The translations under genes and the position numbers were made by a program. Below are positions 26,691 to 36,401 of a stretch of 64,000 bases of DNA, in pieces (position 1 is the first letter of the stretch; every line of letters starts with the position of its first letter). The notes beneath the pieces are model-generated. The model did no database searches and was not told the DNA's origin. It saw nothing but the letters and a program-made list of their open reading frames with translations. Origin of the DNA: Cyanobacteria bacterium SIG26 (GTDB lineage: Bacteria > Cyanobacteriota > Vampirovibrionia > Gastranaerophilales > Gastranaerophilaceae). The stretch lies in assembly GCA_015152555.1 (NCBI GenBank), contig SUTS01000010.1, forward strand, positions 1,138 through 65,137, given 5' to 3'.

Positions 26691-28088
26691 TTATAATTGA
26701 CTTCCCGTTGCTTTGTATAGTCCGATATAATTGATTAAACAATTCACTTTATCGTTAACAACAGCTTTGTCTGTATATAGTACATTTTCTTTAACTTGTG
26801 TCAAATCAAGTTTAGAAATAATACCTTCTTCGTATCTGTTTGTACTATATCCAAAATCTTCTCTTTCGAGTTCAGATTGTTTTTTGGTATCTTGGTATTT
26901 TTCTTCATCAAGTTTGATTGTCACAAGTGCGTCATTAACTTCTTGAATAGCTGTCAAATTTGTTTTGTAGTAATTATTTAAAATTCTTTCATAAGTTGAT
27001 TTTTTAAGCTTAAGATTAGCAATTCTTCTTCCGCCTGTGAATAAAGGTAGATTTAAACCACCTGCAAGAGCAGCCAGTGCGTTTTTTGTTGTCCAAAGAC
27101 TTCCGATATCTCCTGCTAAAAATAGTGCAACACCTGTTAAATTTATTGTTGGCAAGAATTCTTTTTTTGCGACTTTAACATCAATCCCTGCTCGTTCTAC
27201 CATTTTTTCAGCTTTGATATAATCAGGTCTTGTCGAGATTACATCGGATGAAATTTCTGTTGGAATATTGCCTGAAAAATTCAAATTATCGTAACTGATT
27301 CTAGTTAATTGTTCAGAATTATTTGGATTTTCTCCGAGCAATACAGCTAATTGATTTAGTAGCATTGTTCTATTTTTTTTGTAATCAATTAAATTGGTAT
27401 TACCAGCGATATATGCTTTATTGGCTTTAACAGTGTCTGCAGTTGAAGTTAAACCTTCTTTGTTTCTTGCAAGCATTAAATCGTAAATAACTTTTCTATC
27501 TTGAACGATTTGTTCTTGAAGTTCGATCATTTTATCTAATTTTACGATATTAAGATAAGTTGTACCCACAGCAGAAGCAATACCGATGTATGCAGCACGT
27601 TCGTCTTGTAATGATGCTTCGTAATTTTTCTTAGACATATCTGTTTTATTTTTGTTTTTTAGGAACAAATCAAGTTCATAATTTGCAAAAGCCGGTGTTA
27701 CAAATTGGAAATCAGATGAAGTAGTATTTGGCATTTTTGTATAGGCCGTAGAAACACCTACACTTGCCATCGGTAATTGGTTAGCAAATTGGATTTTTAC
27801 GGCTTGATAATATTCATCAACTGCATTTGTAGCCATTTTTAGATCAAAATTATTTTTGATTGCTCTATCAATGTACCCTGTTAAAATTGGGTCATTAAAA
27901 TTATCCCACCAAGCATAATTTATATATTCATATTTAAAATTGTCGCTTTTTGCTCTTTGTTTGTAACTTTTTGTAATAGAAACTTTTTTTGGTTGGTCGT
28001 TTTTATCGCCTAGTGCAAAACTTGCAACAGGAGTTATGTTTGTTAATACAAAACTAGCTAATAATACTGTTATGATACCCTTTTTCAA
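26691..28088 (-). CDS. efflux outer membrane factor (TolC/OprM family)
   Basis: 465 aa with a signal peptide. Two-fold repeated coiled-coil/OEP pattern. Divergent from the marR-emrA-emrB-like operon. Confidence 0.75.
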   Translation of the reverse strand: MKKGIITVLLASFVLTNITPVASFALGDKNDQPKKVSITKSYKQRAKSDNFKYEYINYAWWDNFNDPILTGYIDRAIKNNFDLKMATNAVDEYYQAVKIQFANQLPMASVGVSTAYTKMPNTTSSDFQFVTPAFANYELDLFLKNKNKTDMSKKNYEASLQDERAAYIGIASAVGTTYLNIVKLDKMIELQEQIVQDRKVIYDLMLARNKEGLTSTADTVKANKAYIAGNTNLIDYKKNRTMLLNQLAVLLGENPNNSEQLTRISYDNLNFSGNIPTEISSDVISTRPDYIKAEKMVERAGIDVKVAKKEFLPTINLTGVALFLAGDIGSLWTTKNALAALAGGLNLPLFTGGRRIANLKLKKSTYERILNNYYKTNLTAIQEVNDALVTIKLDEEKYQDTKKQSELEREDFGYSTNRYEEGIISKLDLTQVKENVLYTDKAVVNDKVNCLINYIGLYKATGSQL

Positions 28089-28210
28089 TGTTTTATTCCC
28101 TCTTAAAAATACACTTGCTTTTTGTATAACAGTATGATAACATAATATTGTTGCAAATGCAACACATAATTTTTACAACACAAAATAAAAATTTGAATTA
28201 TAATATTAGT

Positions 28211-28672
28211 ATGTATAAAAGCGAACATTTCACAGATTCATTATTTTATCAAATAGAACTTACTGCAAAATACTGTAGGTCATTAGGTATGCAGATTTTT
28301 CCAAAGCTAAATATGCCATTAACTGTTGATGAGTATAGTGCAATGGATGTTATAATGTTGCATGATGGGATTTGTCAAAGGGAACTTGCAAAGATTATCT
28401 TAAAAGATAGGCCAAATACTGGTAGGATTTTGAATGCTTTAGAAGAAAAAGGTTATATTGAAAGATTTGCCGATACAAAGAATAACAGACTTGTAAGGAA
28501 AATGATTATAACTGAGGAAGGTAGAAAGGTCTTTGAATATACATCAGAATTATTGAGAGAACATTTGAGTAAAATTCCAAAAATAATTTCAGATGAAGAA
28601 AAAACTTTTGTAAAGATTATATGTAAAAAACTAAGAGATGGTTTAAAAAACGAAGTAGAAATGAAGATATAA
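28211..28672 (+). CDS. MarR-family transcriptional regulator
   Basis: Start at the internal ATG 28211 gives 153 aa, the typical MarR size. Winged-helix block QRELAKIILKDRPNTGRILNALEEKGYIER...D.R. Confidence 0.7.
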   Translation: MYKSEHFTDSLFYQIELTAKYCRSLGMQIFPKLNMPLTVDEYSAMDVIMLHDGICQRELAKIILKDRPNTGRILNALEEKGYIERFADTKNNRLVRKMIITEEGRKVFEYTSELLREHLSKIPKIISDEEKTFVKIICKKLRDGLKNEVEMKI

Positions 28673-28685
28673 GAGGTTATTAAAT

Positions 28686-29693
28686 ATGGAAGAAAAAGAA
28701 GTTCAAGAGCAAAAAGTTGAGCAAACAGAAAAACAAAAACCAAAAGGGGTAAAAAGAACAATAGCGGCAGTAGTTATTATAATTTTATTGATTTTGGCAG
28801 GTATTTACATTGCACATGAGATGCAATACGAATCAACAGATGATGCATATGTAGAAACTACAACAGTAAACGTATCACCGCGTGTAGCAGGACAAATCGA
28901 AGAAGTTTATGTGAAAGACAATCAATTTGTAAACGAAGGTGATTTAGTTGCGGTTATTGATGATGAAGATTACAAAATCAGATTGGAACAAGCAGATTCT
29001 ACCTATGAAAGAATCAGACTTGATCAATCTAATGCAAAAGCAAATTTGGTTGCGGCAGAATCAAATATTGCGTTAGCTAAAAAAGATTTAGACAGATATA
29101 GTAATTTATATGAGCAAGGTGCGGTTTCAAAACAAGTTTATGATGCTGCAAAAGTTAAGTATGATGGTGCGAAAGCGAATTTAACACAAGCAAAACAAGC
29201 ATTATTTTCTGATGAAAACGGAAAAACTGTTGCAGATGCTAATTTAAGAACTGCCAAAGCTTCAAAAGACAAAGCTGCATTAGACTTATCATATACAAAA
29301 GTTTATGCCCCACAATCAGGAACAGTAACTTCAAGACGTGTTGAAAAAGGTATGTTTGTTACTCCTGGTGCTCCATTGTTTACATTGGTGCCTGAAGAAG
29401 TTTGGGTTGTTGCAAACTTTAAAGAAAATCAATTGAAAGGTATGAAGCCAGGTCAGCCAGTTGATATTAAAATTGATACATATCCAAATAAAATTTTCAA
29501 AGGAAAAATTGATTCAATTCAAAGGGCGTCAGGTGCAAAATCAAGTTTATTTCCGCCTGAAAATGCGGTTGGGTCATTTGTAAAAATTGTACAAAGAATT
29601 CCTGTAAAAATCGTGTTTACGGAAGAAATTGACTCAAGTGAATATACTATTGTTCCTGGAATGTCAGTAGTTCCAAAAGTTAAAGTTAAGTAG
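28686..29693 (+). CDS. HlyD/EmrA-family periplasmic adaptor (membrane fusion protein)
   Basis: 335 aa. Single N-terminal TM, barrel-sandwich/coiled-coil layout, and YVKDNQFVNEGDLVAVID and YTKVYAPQSGTV blocks. Confidence 0.8.
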   Translation: MEEKEVQEQKVEQTEKQKPKGVKRTIAAVVIIILLILAGIYIAHEMQYESTDDAYVETTTVNVSPRVAGQIEEVYVKDNQFVNEGDLVAVIDDEDYKIRLEQADSTYERIRLDQSNAKANLVAAESNIALAKKDLDRYSNLYEQGAVSKQVYDAAKVKYDGAKANLTQAKQALFSDENGKTVADANLRTAKASKDKAALDLSYTKVYAPQSGTVTSRRVEKGMFVTPGAPLFTLVPEEVWVVANFKENQLKGMKPGQPVDIKIDTYPNKIFKGKIDSIQRASGAKSSLFPPENAVGSFVKIVQRIPVKIVFTEEIDSSEYTIVPGMSVVPKVKVK

Positions 29694-29750
29694 TTTTTAA
29701 AAAGTTTATAGGTGTCGAGATTATCCGGCACCTATTTTAAAAAGGGTAAT

Positions 29751-31331
29751 ATGTCAGAAGAAGTAATAAAAGAGAATGCTATCCAAATGGAAGATGAAGA
29801 CGCGAAATATCTTCCAAAAAATCCTTGGATTTCGGTTATGCCGACATTGTTGGCTGTATTTATTTATGTAATTGACGGTACGATTGCAAATGTTGCTTTA
29901 CCGCACATGGCGGGTAGTTTTTCAGCTACACGTGATGAAAGTATGTGGATTTTGACAAGTTATTTGATTGCAAGTGGTATTGTAATTCCGTCTGTTGGAT
30001 TTTTTAGTAAATTCTTTGGCAGAAAAAACTTTTACATAATCAGTATTTTATTGTTTACTATAGCTTCAATGCTTTGTGGTATGGCGCAAAATTTGGGGCA
30101 AATGGTTGTGTTTAGGATATTGCAAGGTGCAGGTGGTGGCGGGATTGTTCCGATTTCGCAAGCTATTATGATGGAGAGTTTTCCTAAAGAAAAACGTGGA
30201 ACTGCGATGGCTGTGTTTGGGATGGGAATTATTCTAGCCCCGATTATTGGACCTGTTTTGGGCGGTTGGATTACTGATAATTGGTCTTGGCCTTGGATAT
30301 TTTATATTAATGTTCCGTTTGGTTGTATTGCGGCAGCATTGTGTCAAAAACTTTTGTATAATCCTCCATATTCTCACCGTCAAAAAGGTGTCAAAATGGA
30401 TGGTTTAGGCTTTTTGTTTTTGGCAATTTGGTTATTAACTTTACAGGTGTTTTTCGACAAAGGTAATAATGCGGATTGGTTTAATGCACCTTGGATTTGT
30501 TGGGTGTTTGGGGTATCTTGTGTTGCGGCGATTTGTTTTTTTGTATCTCAAATTGTACGCAAAGATACACTTATAGATTTAAGTGTTTTTAAGGATAAGA
30601 ATTTTGTTATCGGTACGTTTATTCAGGTGGTAATGCAAGCTGTATTGTATGCATCATTGGCGATTTTACCGCAATTTTTGCAAAGTATGATGGGGTATAC
30701 AGCGTTTTTAAGCGGATATTCTATGATGCCTCGCGGTTTGGGTAGTTTAACGGCGATGGTAATTTGTGCTTTTATTGCGGATAAAGTAGATAAAAGATTA
30801 ATGGTATGTGTAGGATTATGCTTGTTGGGCACTGCGGGTTTATCTTTTGGATTTTTAAATTTGCAAATTTCAAGTATAAATATTATGATTCCAAATTATA
30901 TTATGGGAATGGGAATGGGGCTATCGATGATTCCTATCATAAACTTGTCGCTTGAGACTTTGACTAACCAACAAATGACAAATGCATCAGGGATTCAAAA
31001 CTTGTTAAAAAATATTGGCGGTGCGATTGGTACATCTTTAGTTGCAACAATGCTTACAAGATTTGCGCAAATGCATCAATATATGATGGTAGGTAATTTG
31101 AGTGAATTAAATCAAGCGTTTGTTGATAGAGTATCATCAATTACGGCAATGCTTTCTCAATATACGCATGTTTCTGTTGCAAATCACATGGCCCAGTATT
31201 TGCAATATGGCACTTTGGTAAAACAATCTACTCTTTGGGCATTTATGGATGCGTTTAGAATATTTGGTTTGTTGTGCTTTATGTTAATTCCGTTGTTGTT
31301 TTTATTCAGAAAGCCAAAACTTGATAAGTAG
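29751..31331 (+). CDS. DHA2 (EmrB/QacA) family MFS drug:H+ antiporter
   Basis: About 526 aa from ATG 29751. 14 predicted TM segments. LDGTIANVALPHM and GRKNFYIISILLFTIASMLCG motifs. Confidence 0.8.
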   Translation: MSEEVIKENAIQMEDEDAKYLPKNPWISVMPTLLAVFIYVIDGTIANVALPHMAGSFSATRDESMWILTSYLIASGIVIPSVGFFSKFFGRKNFYIISILLFTIASMLCGMAQNLGQMVVFRILQGAGGGGIVPISQAIMMESFPKEKRGTAMAVFGMGIILAPIIGPVLGGWITDNWSWPWIFYINVPFGCIAAALCQKLLYNPPYSHRQKGVKMDGLGFLFLAIWLLTLQVFFDKGNNADWFNAPWICWVFGVSCVAAICFFVSQIVRKDTLIDLSVFKDKNFVIGTFIQVVMQAVLYASLAILPQFLQSMMGYTAFLSGYSMMPRGLGSLTAMVICAFIADKVDKRLMVCVGLCLLGTAGLSFGFLNLQISSINIMIPNYIMGMGMGLSMIPIINLSLETLTNQQMTNASGIQNLLKNIGGAIGTSLVATMLTRFAQMHQYMMVGNLSELNQAFVDRVSSITAMLSQYTHVSVANHMAQYLQYGTLVKQSTLWAFMDAFRIFGLLCFMLIPLLFLFRKPKLDK

Positions 31332-31341
31332 TCAGTTCCAC

Positions 31342-31370
31342 TTGAAAAATCATAAAAAAAGTTGTATAAT
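31342..31370 (+). promoter_or_regulatory. candidate sigma70 promoter of the prepilin gene trio
   Basis: TTGAAA (31342..31347), 17 nt spacer, TATAAT (31365..31370). Confidence 0.55.
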
Positions 31371-31407
31371 TTGTATATACGCGTACAGAATTTAGGATGT
31401 TAAGAGT

Positions 31408-32064
31408 ATGAAAAAAGCCCTTACGATGGCTGAGTTATTGGTAACAATGACTATAATCGGAGCAATTGCTGTTTTAGTTTTACCCGGCTTTTTGAAAGAT
31501 TATCATAATCAGTTATATGTAACAAAATTGAAAAAAGTATATGAAATGTTTGATAATGCAGTAAATCAAGCGTGTTTAGATCATAACGTATCTAAATTTA
31601 AATATACTCCATATCGGTATCAGGGTACAAATTCTGAAACTGAAAAATCATACTATCAAGAGTTTTTAGAAAAGTATTTTAAGACTTCAAATAATGGAGA
31701 TGAGAATCCATTTGCAGCGATTAGATATAAGAAAATAGGTGTAACCAGTTCTACAGGATCGCTTTTGTCACTCGGATCTTATGCTAAGGTTCGTTTGGCA
31801 GATGGTGCGATTGTTGCATTTATGTGTTCAGCAACAACACTTTCATATTGTAGGTTAATTGTTGATGTGAATGGTGCAGATGGACCGAATATTGGTGGAA
31901 GAGACTTATTTTCGATGTATGTAAATGTTGAGACTAATGAAATTTACGATCATCAAGCGGCGAATAATTATTGTGGTAATGGCAGTGGGACTCCTAAATT
32001 TGCGCTCCAAGGAAATGGTTGCTTTGGTCGTATACTAAAAGATAATTGGAAAATGAATTATTAA
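31408..32064 (+). CDS. prepilin-type N-terminal domain protein, paralogue 2
   Basis: 218 aa. MKKA|LTMAELLVTMTIIGAIAVLVLPGF. VDVNGADGPNIGGRDLF motif. C-terminal NWKMNY. Confidence 0.75.
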   Translation: MKKALTMAELLVTMTIIGAIAVLVLPGFLKDYHNQLYVTKLKKVYEMFDNAVNQACLDHNVSKFKYTPYRYQGTNSETEKSYYQEFLEKYFKTSNNGDENPFAAIRYKKIGVTSSTGSLLSLGSYAKVRLADGAIVAFMCSATTLSYCRLIVDVNGADGPNIGGRDLFSMYVNVETNEIYDHQAANNYCGNGSGTPKFALQGNGCFGRILKDNWKMNY

Positions 32065-32077
32065 TGGAAGGAATTAT

Positions 32078-32785
32078 ATGAAACGAGGATTTACTTTATC
32101 AGAGGTTTTAATAACATTAGGTATTGTCGGAGTTGTTGCGGTTTTGACAGTTCCTTCGGTTATGAAAAATTATAGAAACAGATTGTATGTATCACAATTG
32201 CAGAAAGTTTATTCTCAAATTTCTGAGGCGACAGTTGCAATTATGCGCGATGAAAATGTGGATAATTTTTTTGAGACTTCTGCAATTTTAGAGCAAGTTT
32301 ATGGTGTAGATCCAAATACCAATAAAGGTGTTGGTGGGTTTATGAAATTTATGTCAAATTATTTTAAAGTAAATAAATATAATTGTTTAAATTCTTCCCC
32401 GCCATGTGTTTTAGTTGAGGGTGAAACAACAGAAGTTTATAGGTCAATTTCAGGTAATAATCTAGGAGCATTTACAGTAGATGACGAGTCATATTGTGTT
32501 CAAACAGTGAATGGCGCTTCTATATGTGGCGTTGGATTAGGTTCGCCGCAAGGAGGTCTTATGTGGTTTTTTGTTGATGTTAACGGGATATCCGGACCAA
32601 ATATTGCAGGCAGAGACCTGTTTTTGATGTCAGTGCAATCGGATGGATCGGTAGTAGATGGTTTTGTTGCTTCAGGAGATCCATCAACCCCTGCTTCTGA
32701 ATGTAATAGTGGAACAAGTATTGATACAGCTGCAGCCGGATGTTTAAATGCGATTATTGATGCCGGTTGGAAGATGGAATACTAA
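32078..32785 (+). CDS. prepilin-type N-terminal domain protein, paralogue 3
   Basis: 235 aa. MKRG|FTLSEVLITLGIVGVVAVLTVPS. VDVNGISGPNIAGRDLF. C-terminal GWKMEY. Confidence 0.8.
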   Translation: MKRGFTLSEVLITLGIVGVVAVLTVPSVMKNYRNRLYVSQLQKVYSQISEATVAIMRDENVDNFFETSAILEQVYGVDPNTNKGVGGFMKFMSNYFKVNKYNCLNSSPPCVLVEGETTEVYRSISGNNLGAFTVDDESYCVQTVNGASICGVGLGSPQGGLMWFFVDVNGISGPNIAGRDLFLMSVQSDGSVVDGFVASGDPSTPASECNSGTSIDTAAAGCLNAIIDAGWKMEY

Positions 32786-32797
32786 GAGGTGTTGAAG

Positions 32798-33481
32798 ATG
32801 AAAAAAGCATTCACTTTAGCAGAAGTTTTGATTTGTCTTGGTATTATCGGTGTTGTTGCGGCATTAACTATACCGTCTGTTGTAACTAATTACAAATATA
32901 AGGTATACGGTGCTCAACTTGAAAAAGTTTATTCTCAAATAACCGAAGCGGCTCGTTCAATAATGAATGATGAAATGTCGGATTCATTTAGTACAACTTC
33001 TGCGGGTGTTAGACAAGATAATACTACCGAATCCTGCAAAACAGGAGGATGTTATTTTTTAAGAAATTATTTTAAGGTGGCAAAACACAATTGTCTTAGC
33101 GCAGATGCAACTACAAACACAGAAAGTTGTGTTGCAGATGAGTATTATTACTACAACAAAACCTCCGGACAAAGCGGTTCTGCGGGGGTTTTTGCAGGTG
33201 ATTTTTGTGCTCAGACTGTTAGTGGTGCTGCGATTTGTACTGTTTTAAATAATTCAAACGGAAGATTTACTGTTTTTCTTGATGTGAATGGCAGGGATGA
33301 ACCAAATATGGTTGGGTTAGACGCATTTATTATGGATATATTATCTGACGGAACTGTTAAAGATTGGCAAGAGGACGCTACACTATGTGCTACTAAGGTT
33401 AATAGTTGGGGGCATATCGGTGATTATGCTCAAGGCTGTTTATCCAAAGCAATGCAAAATAATTGGAAAATTACGGATTAA
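32798..33481 (+). CDS. prepilin-type N-terminal domain protein, paralogue 4
   Basis: ATG 32798 follows GAGG, giving 227 aa. MKKA|FTLAEVLICLGIIGVVAALTIPS. LDVNGRDEPNMVGLDAF. C-terminal NWKITD. Confidence 0.8.
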   Translation: MKKAFTLAEVLICLGIIGVVAALTIPSVVTNYKYKVYGAQLEKVYSQITEAARSIMNDEMSDSFSTTSAGVRQDNTTESCKTGGCYFLRNYFKVAKHNCLSADATTNTESCVADEYYYYNKTSGQSGSAGVFAGDFCAQTVSGAAICTVLNNSNGRFTVFLDVNGRDEPNMVGLDAFIMDILSDGTVKDWQEDATLCATKVNSWGHIGDYAQGCLSKAMQNNWKITD

Positions 33482-33551
33482 TCTTGCGTAAGGTTTTTGT
33501 TTAATATAAAATTTTCCTTGTAAACACGGTACTTATAAAGGAGATTTTATT

Positions 33552-34346
33552 ATGTCAAGAAAACCTATTATTGCAGGAAACTGGAAAATGAACCTTCTTC
33601 AAAGTGAAGCTAAATCACTATATGAAGGTATTAAATCATTTGTTTCTAATTACAATGCAAGTCAACTTCCTACAGTTGTTATTGCTCCTGTATTCACTTC
33701 ATTAAGCCAAGTTTCACCTATTGCTTGTGATTGCGGTTGTAAAGGTTATAAACTTTCTATCGCAGGTCAAAATTGTCATTGGGAATCATCTGGTGCTTAT
33801 ACAGGTGAAATTTCTGTAGAAATGTTAGCTGATGCAGGATGTTCTTATGTAATTATCGGTCACTCAGAAAGAAGACAATATTTTTCTGAATCTGATGAAA
33901 TGATTAATAAAAAAGCTAAAGCAATTTTGGCAGGTGGTTTGATTCCAATTATTTGTTGTGGTGAATCTTTAGAACAAAGAGAATCAGGTATTACTGATTC
34001 TTGGATTGCGAGCCAAATCAGAGCTGCATTAGACGGTATTTCTTCAGAAGATGTTGCTAAATCAGTTATCGCTTATGAGCCAATTTGGGCTATCGGTACA
34101 GGTAAATCTTGTGATGCTGAAGAAGCTAACAGAGTTATTAAAATGATTAGAAGCGTTGTTTCAGAAGTTGCAGGTTCATCTGCTGCTGAATCAATCAGAA
34201 TTCTTTATGGTGGTTCTGTAAAACCTTCTACAATCGAAGAACAAATGGCTAAATCAGATATCGACGGAGCTTTAATTGGTGGCGCTAGTTTAAGTGCTGA
34301 AAGCTTTAATGATATTATTGAAAAAACAATGAAAGTTGCTGTATAG
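33552..34346 (+). CDS. tpiA: triose-phosphate isomerase
   Basis: 264 aa. IAGNWKMN, IIGHSERR, AYEPIWAIGTG and YGGSV are canonical TIM motifs. Confidence 0.9.
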   Translation: MSRKPIIAGNWKMNLLQSEAKSLYEGIKSFVSNYNASQLPTVVIAPVFTSLSQVSPIACDCGCKGYKLSIAGQNCHWESSGAYTGEISVEMLADAGCSYVIIGHSERRQYFSESDEMINKKAKAILAGGLIPIICCGESLEQRESGITDSWIASQIRAALDGISSEDVAKSVIAYEPIWAIGTGKSCDAEEANRVIKMIRSVVSEVAGSSAAESIRILYGGSVKPSTIEEQMAKSDIDGALIGGASLSAESFNDIIEKTMKVAV

Positions 34347-34369
34347 TAAATTTCAGATGTATTTATAAT

Positions 34370-34403
34370 AACGGCGGGGTGTTAATATTAACACCCCGCC
34401 GTT
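34370..34403. terminator. bidirectional terminator between tpiA and manC
   Basis: Perfect 14-bp stem AACGGCGGGGTGTT / AACACCCCGCCGTT with an AT-rich loop and A/T-rich flanks. Confidence 0.75.
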
Positions 34404-34422
34404 TCAATTAATTTATAAAATA

Positions 34423-35790
34423 TTAAACCCTTCCATAAATATCTTCATAACGAACAATATCATCTTCTGATAAAATATCGCCTTTTTGGATTTCGATAAT
34501 TTCTAAATCTTGTTCATAAGGGTTTTGTAAAGAGTGGATTGCTTTAACACCAATATCTATACTATGTCCTGGTGATAATATGTGGTCTTTTCCTTCCAGA
34601 ACAACTTTTGCCATACCTGATAAAACAACCCAATGTTCGCTTCGATGATTGTGTGATTGAACAGAAAGTTTTTGTCCTACATTTACGTGGATTAATTTTG
34701 TTTGGAACCCTTTACCTTCTGCGATTACTGTATAAAATCCCCAAGGACGGTAGACAGTTTTATGAACCATTTGAGTTCCGTCTTGCTGTTCTTTTAAGGT
34801 TTCGTAGATTTGTTTAACCTCTTGAGTTTTATCTTTTTTGCAAGCTAATATAGCATCTTCAGTCTCAACAATAACAGTATCTTCAAGTCCAATTGTTGCA
34901 ACAAGCTTTGATGAAGAGTAAACAAAAGAGTTTTTAGAGCTTTTATCTAAAACGTGTCCGACAAAAACATTACCGTTTTCGTCTTTCGGGCTAACTTCAT
35001 AGATTGATTGCCAAGACCCTAAGTCTTTCCAATCTGATTGTAATTCAACCATAGCGATTTTTTGACTTTTTTCCATAACAGCATAATCAATTGAAATATT
35101 AGGCATTTTATCAAATTCGTTGAATGGGATTGATTCTGAGCATTTGATGTTGCGGATAAGGCTTGAAATTTCAGGGCAGTAATGTTCGAGTTCCTCAATA
35201 AGAGTAGAGACTTTAAACATAAAAATCCCGCTATTCCAATAATAATCCTTTTCTTGTAAGTATTTTTCTGCGGTTTGATTATCGGGTTTTTCGGTAAACC
35301 CTTGAACTTTTCCATCGATGCAACGAATGTATCCAAAACCTGTTTCAGGATAATTTGGTTTAATGCCGAAAGTTACAATATAACCATCTTCAACGTATTT
35401 TTGCGCATCATGAATTGATTGAATAAATTTTTCGTCATTTTCTATAAGTAAATCTGATGGCACAACTAAAACGGTTTCGTCATCTTCTGTTGTTTCTATA
35501 ATGTATTTAACGCTTAATGCAATTGCAGGAGCTGTATTTTTTGAAACGGGTTCGGATAAAATAATTGAATTCTCGCCGGCTTGGCCGAGTTGCATTTTAA
35601 CGTTTGCATGGTGTTTTGTGTTGGTTACACTAATAATATTTTCTGACGGAATAAATTTGTTTAACCTTTCAAAAGTTGATTGGATTAAACTTTTTTCTGT
35701 ATTGAAGTTGATAAGTTGTTTTGGGTATAACTCTCTTGATAACGGCCATAAACGACTTCCTGATCCGCCTGCTAATATTACTCCAAACAT
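34423..35790 (-). CDS. manC: mannose-1-phosphate guanylyltransferase / mannose-6-phosphate isomerase (bifunctional type)
   Basis: 455 aa. N-terminal ILAGGSGSRLWPLSR nucleotidyltransferase motif and C-terminal cupin HNHRSEHWVVLSG. Confidence 0.85.
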   Translation of the reverse strand: MFGVILAGGSGSRLWPLSRELYPKQLINFNTEKSLIQSTFERLNKFIPSENIISVTNTKHHANVKMQLGQAGENSIILSEPVSKNTAPAIALSVKYIIETTEDDETVLVVPSDLLIENDEKFIQSIHDAQKYVEDGYIVTFGIKPNYPETGFGYIRCIDGKVQGFTEKPDNQTAEKYLQEKDYYWNSGIFMFKVSTLIEELEHYCPEISSLIRNIKCSESIPFNEFDKMPNISIDYAVMEKSQKIAMVELQSDWKDLGSWQSIYEVSPKDENGNVFVGHVLDKSSKNSFVYSSSKLVATIGLEDTVIVETEDAILACKKDKTQEVKQIYETLKEQQDGTQMVHKTVYRPWGFYTVIAEGKGFQTKLIHVNVGQKLSVQSHNHRSEHWVVLSGMAKVVLEGKDHILSPGHSIDIGVKAIHSLQNPYEQDLEIIEIQKGDILSEDDIVRYEDIYGRV

Positions 35791-35882
35791 TTTTGCTCCT
35801 TCTTCATTACTTTCCCTTGAGATTATTATACTATAAATACTGCGGATGTAAAATTACGGATAATAAATATTTACCCAACTGT

Positions 35883-35951
35883 CTAGGTTGACGGGATTGG
35901 GCAAAAAATGGTATAATAGCTTGTTAATTTCGTTAGATACTTGTCCTTCTT
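35883..35951 (+). promoter_or_regulatory. promoter/leader cassette, copy 1 (69-bp repeat; partner at 37303..37371)
   Basis: TTGACG (35888..35893), 18 nt spacer, TGgTATAAT (-10 at 35912..35917). 67 of 69 nt identical to copy 2. Followed by a hairpin and a 7-codon mini-ORF (35972..35995). Confidence 0.6.
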
Positions 35952-36006
35952 GAGAAAGAAGAGGGTTTGGTATGAAAAATAAAAATATACAATAATATCT
36001 GCAATT

Positions 36007-36369
36007 TTAATTGTTTGCAAAATGTATAACAAGAGCGATTGCAATGTACAAAATGGTAGATAAAATAGGGAATATTATTGTCAATTTTTTTTGGAATTTA
36101 GTAATTTCTTTTTTTAATAATATTTTCAGCATTGCCCAAGTAGATAACCCTGAAAATATTACAAATACTTGCATTGCAACTAGTAACATTGCAGATATTA
36201 AAATATAAAGTCCAGTGTCTTGATTAGTATGCCTATAATCTCCTGTTAATCCATAAAATAACAGAGTTGATATTGCAAGAAAATAAAATAATGCAAAATT
36301 AGTAACTGTTATAAGACATTGGAAACAAAAATATAAGTTTTTCAAAATTCTTATAAAAAGGTTAGACAT
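36007..36369 (-). CDS. small integral membrane protein (about 4 TM), hypothetical
   Basis: 120-aa ORF with four hydrophobic stretches. Divergent from the lipase-like gene. Confidence 0.5.
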   Translation of the reverse strand: MSNLFIRILKNLYFCFQCLITVTNFALFYFLAISTLLFYGLTGDYRHTNQDTGLYILISAMLLVAMQVFVIFSGLSTWAMLKILLKKEITKFQKKLTIIFPILSTILYIAIALVIHFANN

Positions 36370-36401
36370 AACAGTATTATATCAGAAAAAGGAAAAATAA
36401 T

